Origin: Spirochaetia bacterium
Lineage (GTDB): Bacteria > Spirochaetota > Spirochaetia > DSM-2461
Direction of reading: 5' to 3'
Length of the DNA stretch: 64,000 bases
Assembly: GCA_963668315.1 (NCBI GenBank)
Contig: OY764216.1
Coordinates: 1-64,000 of the forward strand
Made by a program: the position numbers and the translations under genes. Below are positions 29,972 through 40,175 of the stretch, in pieces. The notes under the pieces were generated by a model. That model was not told the DNA's origin and did not search any database. It saw only the letters and a program-made list of their open reading frames with translations. Each line of letters starts with the position of its first letter. Position 1 is the stretch's first letter.

Positions 29972-31165
29972 ATGAAAATTTCCCTGAAGGAATACTTCCT
30001 GTCACTCTCCTCCCTGCTTGACTTTCTGGAAGTGGAGCTCCACTCGAAACCGACAAATCATTGCAAACGGGTGTCTCTCTTTGCCCTGGCCGTGGGGAAC
30101 CGCCTTGGTCTCTCCGAATTCGATCTGGTCACCCTCGGAGCCCTTTCCCTGCTCCATGACCTGGGCGCCTCCCACGCGAAGATCATCCAGATTCTGGAAA
30201 AGCAGCAGAATCCCAACGTGGAAGTATTTCCCGACCACTGCCGGGCCGGAGCGAATCTGATTGACCGTATGCCCTTTCTGGCGGCCTACTCCGATGCCAT
30301 CCTCTATCATCATGAACGTTATGACGGAAGGGGGTTCTACGGCTTGAATGAAGAGATTCCCCTTTTCTCACAGATTATCGCCCTTTCCGACCGGATTGAC
30401 CTGGGGATGACGAATATCGGTCTCTCCAAGGAAAGAATGATGGAAACCCTGAAGAAGGAGAGCGGGAAGAGCTTCTCTCCCGACCTGGCAGAAGTCGGGC
30501 AGTCGCTTCTGAATGAGGACTCAATGGAAGTGTCTTACCTGGACGCCAATATTGCACATGCCCTTTCTGAACGCTTTCCCGACTTTACCCTCGATCTGTC
30601 CTACGAAGAACTGACGTCCATGACGGGCGCCTTCTCTACGATAGTGGATGCCAAATCTCCCTTCACGAAAAACCATTCAAGCGACCTGGCATCAAAAACG
30701 GCGGTTATGTGTAATTATTACGGGATGGACAAAATCAGGACCCACCGCATGATCATTGCGGCGAATCTTCACGATATCGGCAAATTATCCGTTCCCAACA
30801 GAATCCTGGACAAGAACGGAAAACAGACTAAGGACGAATTTGCCGTCATCAGGCAGCATACGTTTTATACCAGGCAGGCCCTGTCTCAGATAAGCGGCTG
30901 GGAGGATATTACAAACTGGGCCTCCGACCACCACGAGAAACTTAACGGGACGGGATACCCCATCGGCAAGGACCGCAAGGAGCTTCCCTTCGAATCGCGC
31001 CTCATGGGCTGCCTGGATATCTATCAGGCCTTAAGTGAAAGCCGGCCCTATAAGGAGGGGTTCTCCACGGAGAAATCCTTTTCCATAATGGATGAGTGCG
31101 TCGGTTCCGATGAAATAGACGGCGATATCACCGCCGACCTGAAAAAGGTTTTCGGCCGGCTCTGA
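29972..31165 (+). CDS. HD-GYP phosphodiesterase with tandem HD domains
   Basis: Domain 1 'LLHDLG...HHERYDGRGFY'; domain 2 'LHDIGK...HHEKLNGTGYP...RPYK'. Confidence 0.88.
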   Translation: MKISLKEYFLSLSSLLDFLEVELHSKPTNHCKRVSLFALAVGNRLGLSEFDLVTLGALSLLHDLGASHAKIIQILEKQQNPNVEVFPDHCRAGANLIDRMPFLAAYSDAILYHHERYDGRGFYGLNEEIPLFSQIIALSDRIDLGMTNIGLSKERMMETLKKESGKSFSPDLAEVGQSLLNEDSMEVSYLDANIAHALSERFPDFTLDLSYEELTSMTGAFSTIVDAKSPFTKNHSSDLASKTAVMCNYYGMDKIRTHRMIIAANLHDIGKLSVPNRILDKNGKQTKDEFAVIRQHTFYTRQALSQISGWEDITNWASDHHEKLNGTGYPIGKDRKELPFESRLMGCLDIYQALSESRPYKEGFSTEKSFSIMDECVGSDEIDGDITADLKKVFGRL

Positions 31166-31179
31166 TCCGGGAAGGGCTC

Positions 31180-32448
31180 CTACCCGCGAATATTGTTCCG
31201 CCCGCCCTCTTTGGCCTCGTACATGAGATTGTCCGCTCTCTGGAGCAGTTTGGCAGGGTCGTCCCCCTTCCACTCCACCAGTCCCCCGCTGAAGGACATT
31301 CTGAGCCCGGAGTCTATATCGGGAAAGGCCAGACGGCTGAATCGATCACGGATCCTCTCTGTCTTCTCCTTTGCCTTATCCAGGGGGAGCCCGGGCATGA
31401 CAAAGAGAAACTCCTCACCGCCGTAACGCCCGAAGATATCACTCTCGCTGCATTTATCATGAAAAAGCCGGCATATCTCCTGCAGGATCCGGTCGCCCTT
31501 GTCGTGACCGTAGGTATCGTTGACCCTTTTGAATTTATCGATATCAATCAGCATGACCGAGAGGGGGGTACCCTTCTCTTCGGCCAGAAAAATCTCCTTC
31601 CTGAGAAGCTCAAGCACATGGCGCCTGTTGCTCACCCCCGTGAGAGGATCGGTAACCGCCAGCTTTTCCATTTCGCTGCGCTTCTCTTCAAGCTCTTTCA
31701 TCACAAGGAAGTGGCGAAAACTGCTTTTCAGCCGGGCTGTGAGAACTTCCGAATCGAAGGGTTTGAGAATGTAATCGTCCGCTCCGGACTCCATCACATT
31801 GAGTATGGATTTACGGCTTTCCAGGGAGGAAATCACGATGATGACCGAGAGGGGATTCTCATTGCGCAGCCTCATCACCAGCTGCTTTCCCGAAATGCGG
31901 GGGAGGACCATATCGATCATATAGATATCATATTTCTTGCCCGAATCAATCAGCTCCTGCGGATCGCTGTACAGATCGAGGTGGGTGATATTCTGAAAGG
32001 CGAGAATGTTCCTGATAACTTTGAGGATAAAGTGGCTGTCGTCAACCACCGCGAAGGAGGCCTCCCTCATTTTTTCCGTCAGGGCGTCTTTGCGTCTGAT
32101 GTTGTGAATATGCTCGTTCAGTTTATCCAGGGTGAAACCGTTTTTGGGAATGATATCTATGACACCCAGCTCAAAATAGGTTCTCCGCGCCTCTATCGTG
32201 TCGGCGGAGGAGAGCATGATGACAGGAATATCCTTATATGCCGAATCTCCCAGCTCTCTCAGAAAAAATTCGGAAGATCCGTCTTCCAGCTCATGGCCTG
32301 TCAGGATAAGTTCAATATCCTCCCGATCAAGGATTTCCCGGGCCTCTTTTATGGAAGAACAGCCGAATATCTGTTCATTCTGAAGATCCGACCCCTTTTT
32401 TATCACCTTCTGGAAAAACTCGCTTCTGTCCAAATGAAGAATTCTCAT
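31180..32448 (-). CDS. REC-REC-GGDEF diguanylate cyclase
   Basis: Degenerate first REC; intact second REC (VVDDS, MIDMVLP, KPF); 'DIDKFKRVND.YGH..GD', 'RYGGEEF'; start placed at MRILHL after GGAGG. Confidence 0.9.
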   Translation of the reverse strand: MRILHLDRSEFFQKVIKKGSDLQNEQIFGCSSIKEAREILDREDIELILTGHELEDGSSEFFLRELGDSAYKDIPVIMLSSADTIEARRTYFELGVIDIIPKNGFTLDKLNEHIHNIRRKDALTEKMREASFAVVDDSHFILKVIRNILAFQNITHLDLYSDPQELIDSGKKYDIYMIDMVLPRISGKQLVMRLRNENPLSVIIVISSLESRKSILNVMESGADDYILKPFDSEVLTARLKSSFRHFLVMKELEEKRSEMEKLAVTDPLTGVSNRRHVLELLRKEIFLAEEKGTPLSVMLIDIDKFKRVNDTYGHDKGDRILQEICRLFHDKCSESDIFGRYGGEEFLFVMPGLPLDKAKEKTERIRDRFSRLAFPDIDSGLRMSFSGGLVEWKGDDPAKLLQRADNLMYEAKEGGRNNIRG

Positions 32449-32540
32449 GATTCCCTCCCCTGCTGTCCATCCGTGCCTGAAAATATGCCGATAGGAGCTG
32501 TTATTCATCAATAATAATACAGAAAAGTCGGGAATACCAT

Positions 32541-32599
32541 AAAAAAAAGCCGCAGGGATAACTGGTAAAAAGATCAGGGGCTGCAAACATCCCCGCGGC
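32541..32599 (-). terminator. Probable terminator of the atp operon
   Basis: Minus strand GCCGCGGGGAT...ATCCCTGCGGC (11 bp, one G-U pair, long loop) followed by T8, 12 nt after the HTH-EIIA stop. Confidence 0.65.
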
Positions 32600-32611
32600 G
32601 GTGTAAATGAC

Positions 32612-33301
32612 TTAGTAAAGAATGCCTATCTCCCTCTCCATAAAAAAGCGGATCAGCTCCGTGGGAGATTTCATGTCCGCCACGACGGAAAGAAGCTGCG
32701 AGTCGCCGGCGATTCTTGTGAGCAGAGAGAGGACCCGCAGATGCACGGGATCCGAACTGGAAGCGATTGTGATGAAAAGATGGGTTTTTTCCCCGTCGAT
32801 GGCGTTGAAGTCGATCCCCTCGGGGCAGTATCCCACGGCGAGGGCGCTGTACCTGACGGGCGAAAGGCCCGACTGCCTGGGATGGGGCAGAGCGATACCA
32901 TGGCCGATCCCGGTGGACATGAGCTTTTCCCTCTCCAGGAGCTGCTGCAGATAGGAGTCCTCCTCGGACAGGGCGCCGCTCTGCTTCAATGCATGGCTGA
33001 GCGTCCTGAGAAGATGCTCGGGAGTAACGGCGGGAAGATCAAGAAAAACGCAGGAGGGATCGATCAGTCTGCCCAGGGAGATGGCGTCTTTCTGCGCATG
33101 AAGGGCATCGATGTAATCCTTCTGGGGAATAACATTCATCTGGGACTGGAGCCATCCGTCCAGCATGGTCTTCATAAAACGCCACTGGCCGCCAATCTTG
33201 GCGCAGGGGATGGCATTGTCCTCTATCATTCTGTGAATCGTCTTCTCGGAAACTTTCAGATACCGGGCCGTTTCGGCCAGAGTGAGTACGATGGATTCCA
33301 T
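32612..33301 (-). CDS. Excisionase-type (HTH_17/MerR-like) DNA-binding domain fused to PTS EIIA (Fru/Ntr-type)
   Basis: N-term 'LTLAETARYLKVSEKTIHRM....IP..KIGGQWRF'; C-term 'EREKLMSTGIGHGIALPHPR...GIDFNAIDG....LF......HLRVLS'. Confidence 0.9.
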   Translation of the reverse strand: MESIVLTLAETARYLKVSEKTIHRMIEDNAIPCAKIGGQWRFMKTMLDGWLQSQMNVIPQKDYIDALHAQKDAISLGRLIDPSCVFLDLPAVTPEHLLRTLSHALKQSGALSEEDSYLQQLLEREKLMSTGIGHGIALPHPRQSGLSPVRYSALAVGYCPEGIDFNAIDGEKTHLFITIASSSDPVHLRVLSLLTRIAGDSQLLSVVADMKSPTELIRFFMEREIGILY

Positions 33302-33307
33302 ATGATC

Positions 33308-33568
33308 CTATTTCCCCTCCGTCGCCACGACGATGGAACAGACATTATCTTCAAAGAGAAACGTCCCCCAGGAGACGGAAAGGGTGTGCTCCGCTCCCCG
33401 CCCATCGGTATACTCCACTTCAGACCCGGGCATGAGTATGCCCGCGAAGCCCTCATGACGGGGCTCGAATCCGAGGACGCCCCCGGGAGTCGTGATGCGG
33501 CAGTACCGCGCCTGTCCCTCGAAGGGGATTTTATTGTCCTCTGCAATGGTCAGCTTGAAGGTTTCCAT
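33308..33568 (-). CDS. atpC: F1 ATP synthase epsilon subunit, beta-sandwich only (86 aa)
   Basis: Directly after atpD; 'FKLTI.......FEG......TPGGVLGFEPRH', 'VSWG'; no C-terminal helices. Confidence 0.82.
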   Translation of the reverse strand: METFKLTIAEDNKIPFEGQARYCRITTPGGVLGFEPRHEGFAGILMPGSEVEYTDGRGAEHTLSVSWGTFLFEDNVCSIVVATEGK

Positions 33569-33570
33569 TG

Positions 33571-34986
<1,416 letters not shown>

Positions 34987-35853
34987 TTATCCCTTTAATG
35001 CTTCCTTACCGGATACGATTTCGATGAGCTCGTTGGTAATCGTAGCCTGGCGGGCATGATTCTGCATGGTGACATACTTGTTTATAAGGTCTTCCGAGTT
35101 GTTCGTGGCGTTCTCCATGGCCGTCAGCCGGGCGGAATGTTCGCTCAGAGCGGAATGGATGAGAAGAGCGCGGAGCTCGTCCTTAAGGTAGTTTTCCCCG
35201 TAGCCGGCGGCCAGCTCGTCACCGGACGGCTCGGAATCGAGAAAACCCGCAGGCTGTTCCTCTCCCTCATACGCGGGAAGAGGCAGCAGTCGCCGGCGGT
35301 CCGTATAGTGCTGGAGGGTGGATACGAACCGGTTTCCCAGAACCCAGACCTCCTGAATCTCTCCGGAAAGAAACCGCCGGTAAACCGATTCGGCAATTTC
35401 GGAAAGAACTTCGCGCGTCATAACCCGCTCGTGGTTCTCCTCCTTTCTGAGGATTTCCCAACCGGCCCTGCGGGCATGGTTGATTCCCTTGATACCGATG
35501 CAGGTGAACTCCAGTTCGACACCCTTTTTCTTCATCCGGGCGGCAAAAGAGTCGGCCGCCTTGAGAATCGCGCTGTTATGGGTGCCGCAGAGTCCCTTAT
35601 CGGCGGAGAAAATGATCATATGCGCCCGGGAAACCTTCCCGTAACCCCGGATAACCGGATGGGAAGAGTCCTTGAGCAGAGCGCTGATCTCCCGGAAGAT
35701 CCGGTCCGTCTCCTTCTGAAACAAAGCCGCCGAATTCTGAAGGGCCAGGAATTTTCTCAGCTTGATGGATGAGATCATATTCATGGCCCGGGTCACCTTC
35801 TGCATATTCTGCAGAGAGTGAATCTTCCGGCTTAAGTCTCTAACGTTACTCAT
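34987..35853 (-). CDS. atpG: F1 ATP synthase gamma subunit
   Basis: '[10 protein letters not shown]', 'ADKGLCG', '[15 protein letters not shown]', '[15 protein letters not shown]'; ATG overlaps the atpA stop (ATGA). Confidence 0.96.
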   Translation of the reverse strand: MSNVRDLSRKIHSLQNMQKVTRAMNMISSIKLRKFLALQNSAALFQKETDRIFREISALLKDSSHPVIRGYGKVSRAHMIIFSADKGLCGTHNSAILKAADSFAARMKKKGVELEFTCIGIKGINHARRAGWEILRKEENHERVMTREVLSEIAESVYRRFLSGEIQEVWVLGNRFVSTLQHYTDRRRLLPLPAYEGEEQPAGFLDSEPSGDELAAGYGENYLKDELRALLIHSALSEHSARLTAMENATNNSEDLINKYVTMQNHARQATITNELIEIVSGKEALKG

Positions 35854-38027
35854 AATTCGCCCATTATATCCTTGACGATACGGCGGAGATCCGCAGGATT
35901 CTTCGCTTCCATCCACTCCTTCTCATAACGGGGATGCTGCACAATGCGGGCCAGAGCCGACAGAACAACCAGATGAAAATGCCTCTGATCCTGCGAACCG
36001 GCCAGGAAGTAGATGGAGTGAACTTCGTTCATCATATCACAGAAGTTAATCCCCTTCTTCGACCGGACGACAAGTAGTTTGAAGGTATCTTTCTGATCCA
36101 CCACAATATGGGGTATGGCGAAGAAGGGACTCAACGCGGTGGAACTGGACTCTTCCCGTTTGATAAATCGGTCGTACATCTCGTCCTTATCCAGGCCGGA
36201 ACCGTCCAAATGCTCAACGGCTTTTCTGAAAAGGTCCTCCATGGAGTCGTTCTTCTCGTAATCGATAAATTCGCAGGAATCAATCAGTCTGGCGAAGCGG
36301 TCCGCCTCGGTCTCGTCCTTGCCGGTCATGATCTCCTCGATCTCCGTTTCAAGGGAGGGAGAAGCGAACTCCCGGGCCGTCAGCCTTTCGACAAGCTTGA
36401 GCATGTCCCGGTTGATGGTGGAGGAGCCCTGACTCATGGCCAGGGAGATATTCAGGTTGAACCCGGAATCCACGCCGGAGACGGCCGAATCGGGCCGGAA
36501 TGTCTTCTCGAAGCGGTCGAATAGACCATTCAGCTCCTTATCCATCTCCTTATCGAAAGCCGCCCGGGAGCGAAGTTTGTCCATAAAAGCGGACTCTTCC
36601 CTGTCCAGAAAGGCAAAAAGTTCCTGCTGGTAGTTCAGAAGTTTCTCCGTGGGGTACTTATCCAGCCTTCCCAGGATGCCGGCCTTGAGAATCATGACCT
36701 GTTTGAACACGTCGATGGGACTGTACTGGGGCTGCTTGAGAATCTCTGTCAGTCCCTCTCCCCGGTGAAGCTGATTCTTCGTCGCCTCGTCCAGATCGGA
36801 GGAGAACTGCATGAAGGCGGCGAGCTCCCGGAACTGGGCCAGGTCGATACGGAGCGAACCGGCGGTCTGCTTCATGGCCTTGAGCTGGGCGTCTCCTCCT
36901 ACACGGGAAACGGAGATACCCACATTGATGGCGGGGCGCAGACCGGAGTTGAACAGGTTCGTTTCCAGGAAGATCTGACCGTCCGTTATGGAGATGATAT
37001 TCGTGGGAATATAGGCCGAGACGTCCCCTTCCTGGGTCTCTACGATGGGAAGAGCCGTCAGGGAACCGCCTCCCTTTTTATCACTCATTTTCGCCGCCCT
37101 TTCCAGAAGGCGGGAGTGGAGATAGAAAATATCGCCGGGATAGGCTTCCCGGCCGGGTGAGCGGCGCATCAGGAGGGAGAGCTCCCGGTAGGCCTGTGAA
37201 TGCTTGGTTAAATCGTCGAACACGACGAGGGCGTGCCGGCCGGTATCGCGGAAGTACTCCGCCATGGCCGTAGCGGCATAGGGCGCCAGGTACTGAAGGG
37301 ACGCGGGATCGGAGGCCGTGGCGGCCACGACGGTGGTGTACTGAAGAACCCCGTGTTTCCTGAGCGTCTCGATCAGCTGTACCACCGATGAGCGTTTCTG
37401 TCCGATGGCTACGTAGAAACAGTAGACCCGGTCTTCGTCGGTGGAGTTTTTCTGATTGATGATGGTGTCCACGGCGATGGTGGTTTTTCCCGTACGCCTG
37501 TCGCCGATGATCAGCTCCCTCTGCCCGCGGCCGATGGGGATCATGGAGTCGATGGCTTTGAGTCCGGTCTGCATGGGCTCATCGACGTTTTTCCTGTCGA
37601 TAATGCCGGGACCTTTGACTTCCACCCGGTTCCACTGGACCGGCTCGATGCCGCCCAGACCGTCGATGGGATTTCCCAGGGGGTCAACGACACGGCCGAG
37701 AAGAGATTCCCCCACGGGGACCTCGGCGACTTTCTGGGTCCGGCGCACCCGGTTGCCCTCTTTTACCTGGGCGTAGTCGGAGAAGAGGATGACGCTCACC
37801 GTCTCCTCTTCCAGGTTCATGACCATACCGTTCACGACGGCGCCCGATTCCAGATCAATTTCCACCAGCTCGCCCATGAGAATGTTATCCAGTCCCCAGA
37901 CCTGGGCGATACCGTCGCCCGCCTGGAGAACGCGGCCCGTTTCCACGGCGGCCGCTTCGGGGGCGAAACCGGAAATTCTGCTTTTCAGGACTTCCAGAAT
38001 CTCCGACGGTTTTATTTCTTCTCTCAT
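35850..38027 (-). CDS. atpA: F1 ATP synthase alpha subunit with C-terminal linker and PTS EIIA domain (725 aa)
   Basis: Alpha core aa ~1-510 ('GDGIA', '[17 protein letters not shown]', 'PGREAYPGD', 'SITDGQI'); aa ~578-720 EIIA '[18 protein letters not shown]...GINF...[12 protein letters not shown]'. Confidence 0.95.
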   Translation of the reverse strand: MREEIKPSEILEVLKSRISGFAPEAAAVETGRVLQAGDGIAQVWGLDNILMGELVEIDLESGAVVNGMVMNLEEETVSVILFSDYAQVKEGNRVRRTQKVAEVPVGESLLGRVVDPLGNPIDGLGGIEPVQWNRVEVKGPGIIDRKNVDEPMQTGLKAIDSMIPIGRGQRELIIGDRRTGKTTIAVDTIINQKNSTDEDRVYCFYVAIGQKRSSVVQLIETLRKHGVLQYTTVVAATASDPASLQYLAPYAATAMAEYFRDTGRHALVVFDDLTKHSQAYRELSLLMRRSPGREAYPGDIFYLHSRLLERAAKMSDKKGGGSLTALPIVETQEGDVSAYIPTNIISITDGQIFLETNLFNSGLRPAINVGISVSRVGGDAQLKAMKQTAGSLRIDLAQFRELAAFMQFSSDLDEATKNQLHRGEGLTEILKQPQYSPIDVFKQVMILKAGILGRLDKYPTEKLLNYQQELFAFLDREESAFMDKLRSRAAFDKEMDKELNGLFDRFEKTFRPDSAVSGVDSGFNLNISLAMSQGSSTINRDMLKLVERLTAREFASPSLETEIEEIMTGKDETEADRFARLIDSCEFIDYEKNDSMEDLFRKAVEHLDGSGLDKDEMYDRFIKREESSSTALSPFFAIPHIVVDQKDTFKLLVVRSKKGINFCDMMNEVHSIYFLAGSQDQRHFHLVVLSALARIVQHPRYEKEWMEAKNPADLRRIVKDIMGEL

Positions 38028-38569
38028 ATCGTTTTCCTCTTTAGGATGGCTTTGAAACTGTTCAGTCTTCCCCGCAGGGACATATCCAGGAATAGATTAT
38101 TCCACTGAAAGGTCAAACCGCCCAGCAGTTCACGGCGAACGCGCCAGACAGGGCGTATTCCGCCGCCGATGCGTTTTTCCAGTTGTTTTCCGATCTCTTC
38201 TTTCGTCTCGTCATCCTGCCCGGATGCACTCTCTATAACCACGGCGGTTATATTATTGGCCCGGTCCATCTCCTCCTGCAGCGCTTCCGCCAGGTAGGGA
38301 AGAGCTTCAAGACGATTGTTGCGAAGAAGCTCCCCGATGGTCCTGCCCGTATAGTAGCTCAGGTAGGGCAGAAAGGCCGTTTCGACGAAGATACGGTTTT
38401 TCCCGTAAGAATCGGAAGGATTCAGGCAGTACGGCCTTAACTCGGGCAGTTCCGAGAAAAGCCGGTTGAGCACGGCAATGTCCTCTTCCAGTTCCTTCAG
38501 CCGGGAATCTTCCCGGCTGGTCTCGTAAAGAGCCCGGGCATAGCGCTTAATTACCAAAAGCCCTTTCAT
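38024..38569 (-). CDS. atpH: F1 ATP synthase delta subunit
   Basis: 'KRYARALYE', 'LLRNNRL', 'ELLGG.......DMSLRGRL'; located between b and alpha. Confidence 0.9.
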   Translation of the reverse strand: MKGLLVIKRYARALYETSREDSRLKELEEDIAVLNRLFSELPELRPYCLNPSDSYGKNRIFVETAFLPYLSYYTGRTIGELLRNNRLEALPYLAEALQEEMDRANNITAVVIESASGQDDETKEEIGKQLEKRIGGGIRPVWRVRRELLGGLTFQWNNLFLDMSLRGRLNSFKAILKRKTI

Positions 38570-39048
38570 AGTTCCTTAACCAATTCCCGGGTGAGTTCCC
38601 TCTCCCGGTCCCCCACGAAAGAAAATCCAGCCACCCTTTCCGAAGCATCGCATACAAAATCGGCCAGATCATCCTGCAGCTGTTCCATAACCGCCTGCCT
38701 TTCTCTGCCGGCCTGTTCCCGGGCCTGCGCCAGAATTTCCTGGGCTTCGGCCCGGGCCTGTTCGGTCAGGGCTCTCTTAAGCTCATCCGCCTGCTTCCGG
38801 GTTTCCAGAAGCATATCGTCCGCTTCCTTTCCGGCCTTTTCCAGTATTTCGGCCCTTTCCTCTTCTATCTCTTTGAGGCGGGCTTCCACCTTTGCCGTCT
38901 TATCTACGGAGGAGCTGATATAATCCTCTCTCTCCTGCAGATTTTTCAGGATAGCCGGTATGACAAACTTGGCGAGTATGAAAAAAAGGATGCCGAAAGT
39001 TATCCAGGTCCAGATCGCCAGACCCGGCTCAAGTTTAAATAAATCCAT
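38566..39048 (-). CDS. atpF: Fo subunit b
   Basis: Single N-terminal TM 'PGLAIWTWITFGILFFILAKF', then 'LQERE..I' and a long charged coiled coil. Confidence 0.93.
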   Translation of the reverse strand: MDLFKLEPGLAIWTWITFGILFFILAKFVIPAILKNLQEREDYISSSVDKTAKVEARLKEIEEERAEILEKAGKEADDMLLETRKQADELKRALTEQARAEAQEILAQAREQAGRERQAVMEQLQDDLADFVCDASERVAGFSFVGDRERELTRELVKEL

Positions 39049-39053
39049 CGTTC

Positions 39054-39281
39054 TTACTGAAAAATAACCAGCAGGGCGAGAATGGCTCCGAAGAATGCCA
39101 GACCTTCAACAAGGGCCGCCACAAGAATCATATTGGTTCTTATGTCCTTCTTTTCAGCGGGCTGACGGGCGATAGCTTCCAGAGCCCGACCGCCGACGAG
39201 ACCGATTCCGATACCTCCGCCGCAGATACCCATGCCGGCGCCAAGAACGGCCAATGCCTTTGCTAATAATGTCATGTCCAT
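39054..39281 (-). CDS. atpE: Fo subunit c (predicted proton-coupled)
   Basis: Gly-rich 'GAGMGICGGGIGIG', 'ARQP' loop, ion-binding Glu59 in 'AALVEGLAFF'. Confidence 0.96.
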   Translation of the reverse strand: MDMTLLAKALAVLGAGMGICGGGIGIGLVGGRALEAIARQPAEKKDIRTNMILVAALVEGLAFFGAILALLVIFQ

Positions 39282-39310
39282 AATGTTCTCCTTATCATAA
39301 ACAAATCTCT

Positions 39311-40156
39311 TTAATGGGAACTTGCCATTGAGATAAAAATACAGCTGAGAAGAGTGAAGACCATCGCCTGAAGAAAGGCTATCAACACTTCCAATAAATA
39401 GGTAAACGCGGCAAAGGGGACCGCCACGAAACCGAAGAAGGGGCTGATGATGAAAATCAGCACCAGAAAAGACAGAATGGCCATATGTCCGGCGAACATA
39501 TTGGCGAAAAGCCGGAGCCCCAGGATCAGCGATTTGGTAAAGACGCTCAGGAACTCCAGGAGGGCGACGAATATCCCTATGCCGAAGGGAGTATCGGAGG
39601 GATAGAGGTTCTTGAAAAAGGCAGCCACGCCGATCTCTTTTATGCCCACCACGAAAGTCAGTATGAGAATGAGCACAGCCATTGACATGGTCACATTGAT
39701 ATTGCCCGTCGCCGTCTTGAAGGCGGGAATGAGTCCCAGAAAATTCACGGTTATAAGAAAGAGGAACATGGTGGAATAGAAGGGAATCCAGGGACGCCCT
39801 TTCTCCTTGCCCATGACGGAGTAAACAATGTCGTCCCTGACAAAGAGCACAATTGTCTCCAGAGCCAGCTGCGTCTTCTTAGGCTTCAGGACCTCCCTCT
39901 TGGAGAAGAGGCTGTACACGACCGATATGAGAAGAACGCTCAGGATCAGCATGAACTGATGCACGGTCATCCCGAAGGGAAGCGTGATGGAGGGGACATA
40001 GGGGAAAAGATCCAGTTCCGTGCCGTTGGCCACATGGTGAAACAGAGTACCGGATACGTCATTTTCCTGGGCGGACAATGACGGTCCGGCGAGCATCAGA
40101 CCGGGAAAGGCGAAAGCTCTCAGATATGATCCTTTTCTGTTTTTCACTCTTTTCAT
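39311..40156 (-). CDS. atpB: Fo subunit a with signal-peptide-like N-terminus
   Basis: 'NFLGLIP', 'TATGNINVT', essential Arg 'LGLRLFANMFAGH', 'LEVLIAFLQAMVF'. Confidence 0.94.
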   Translation of the reverse strand: MKRVKNRKGSYLRAFAFPGLMLAGPSLSAQENDVSGTLFHHVANGTELDLFPYVPSITLPFGMTVHQFMLILSVLLISVVYSLFSKREVLKPKKTQLALETIVLFVRDDIVYSVMGKEKGRPWIPFYSTMFLFLITVNFLGLIPAFKTATGNINVTMSMAVLILILTFVVGIKEIGVAAFFKNLYPSDTPFGIGIFVALLEFLSVFTKSLILGLRLFANMFAGHMAILSFLVLIFIISPFFGFVAVPFAAFTYLLEVLIAFLQAMVFTLLSCIFISMASSH

Positions 40157-40175
40157 CTTATTTTCCTCTGATTTG

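Noticed and set aside
32449..32611. c-di-GMP riboswitch upstream of the diguanylate cyclase (a GCAAAC string is present)
   Set aside because: The string is on the non-coding strand, the two-hairpin GEMM structure is not evident, and the region is explained by a terminator; an Infernal/Rfam scan would settle it.
32612..33301. Excisionase as a sign of a prophage or integrative element
   Set aside because: The HTH is fused to EIIA, and no integrase, att site, tRNA or phage genes are in the window.
36490..36520. AtpA-EIIA fusion as a lost stop codon between two separate genes
   Set aside because: I found no stop remnant or convincing RBS+start defining a separate EIIA gene at the junction, and the frame is continuous and coupled to atpG. 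Not fully excluded without reads or homologs.
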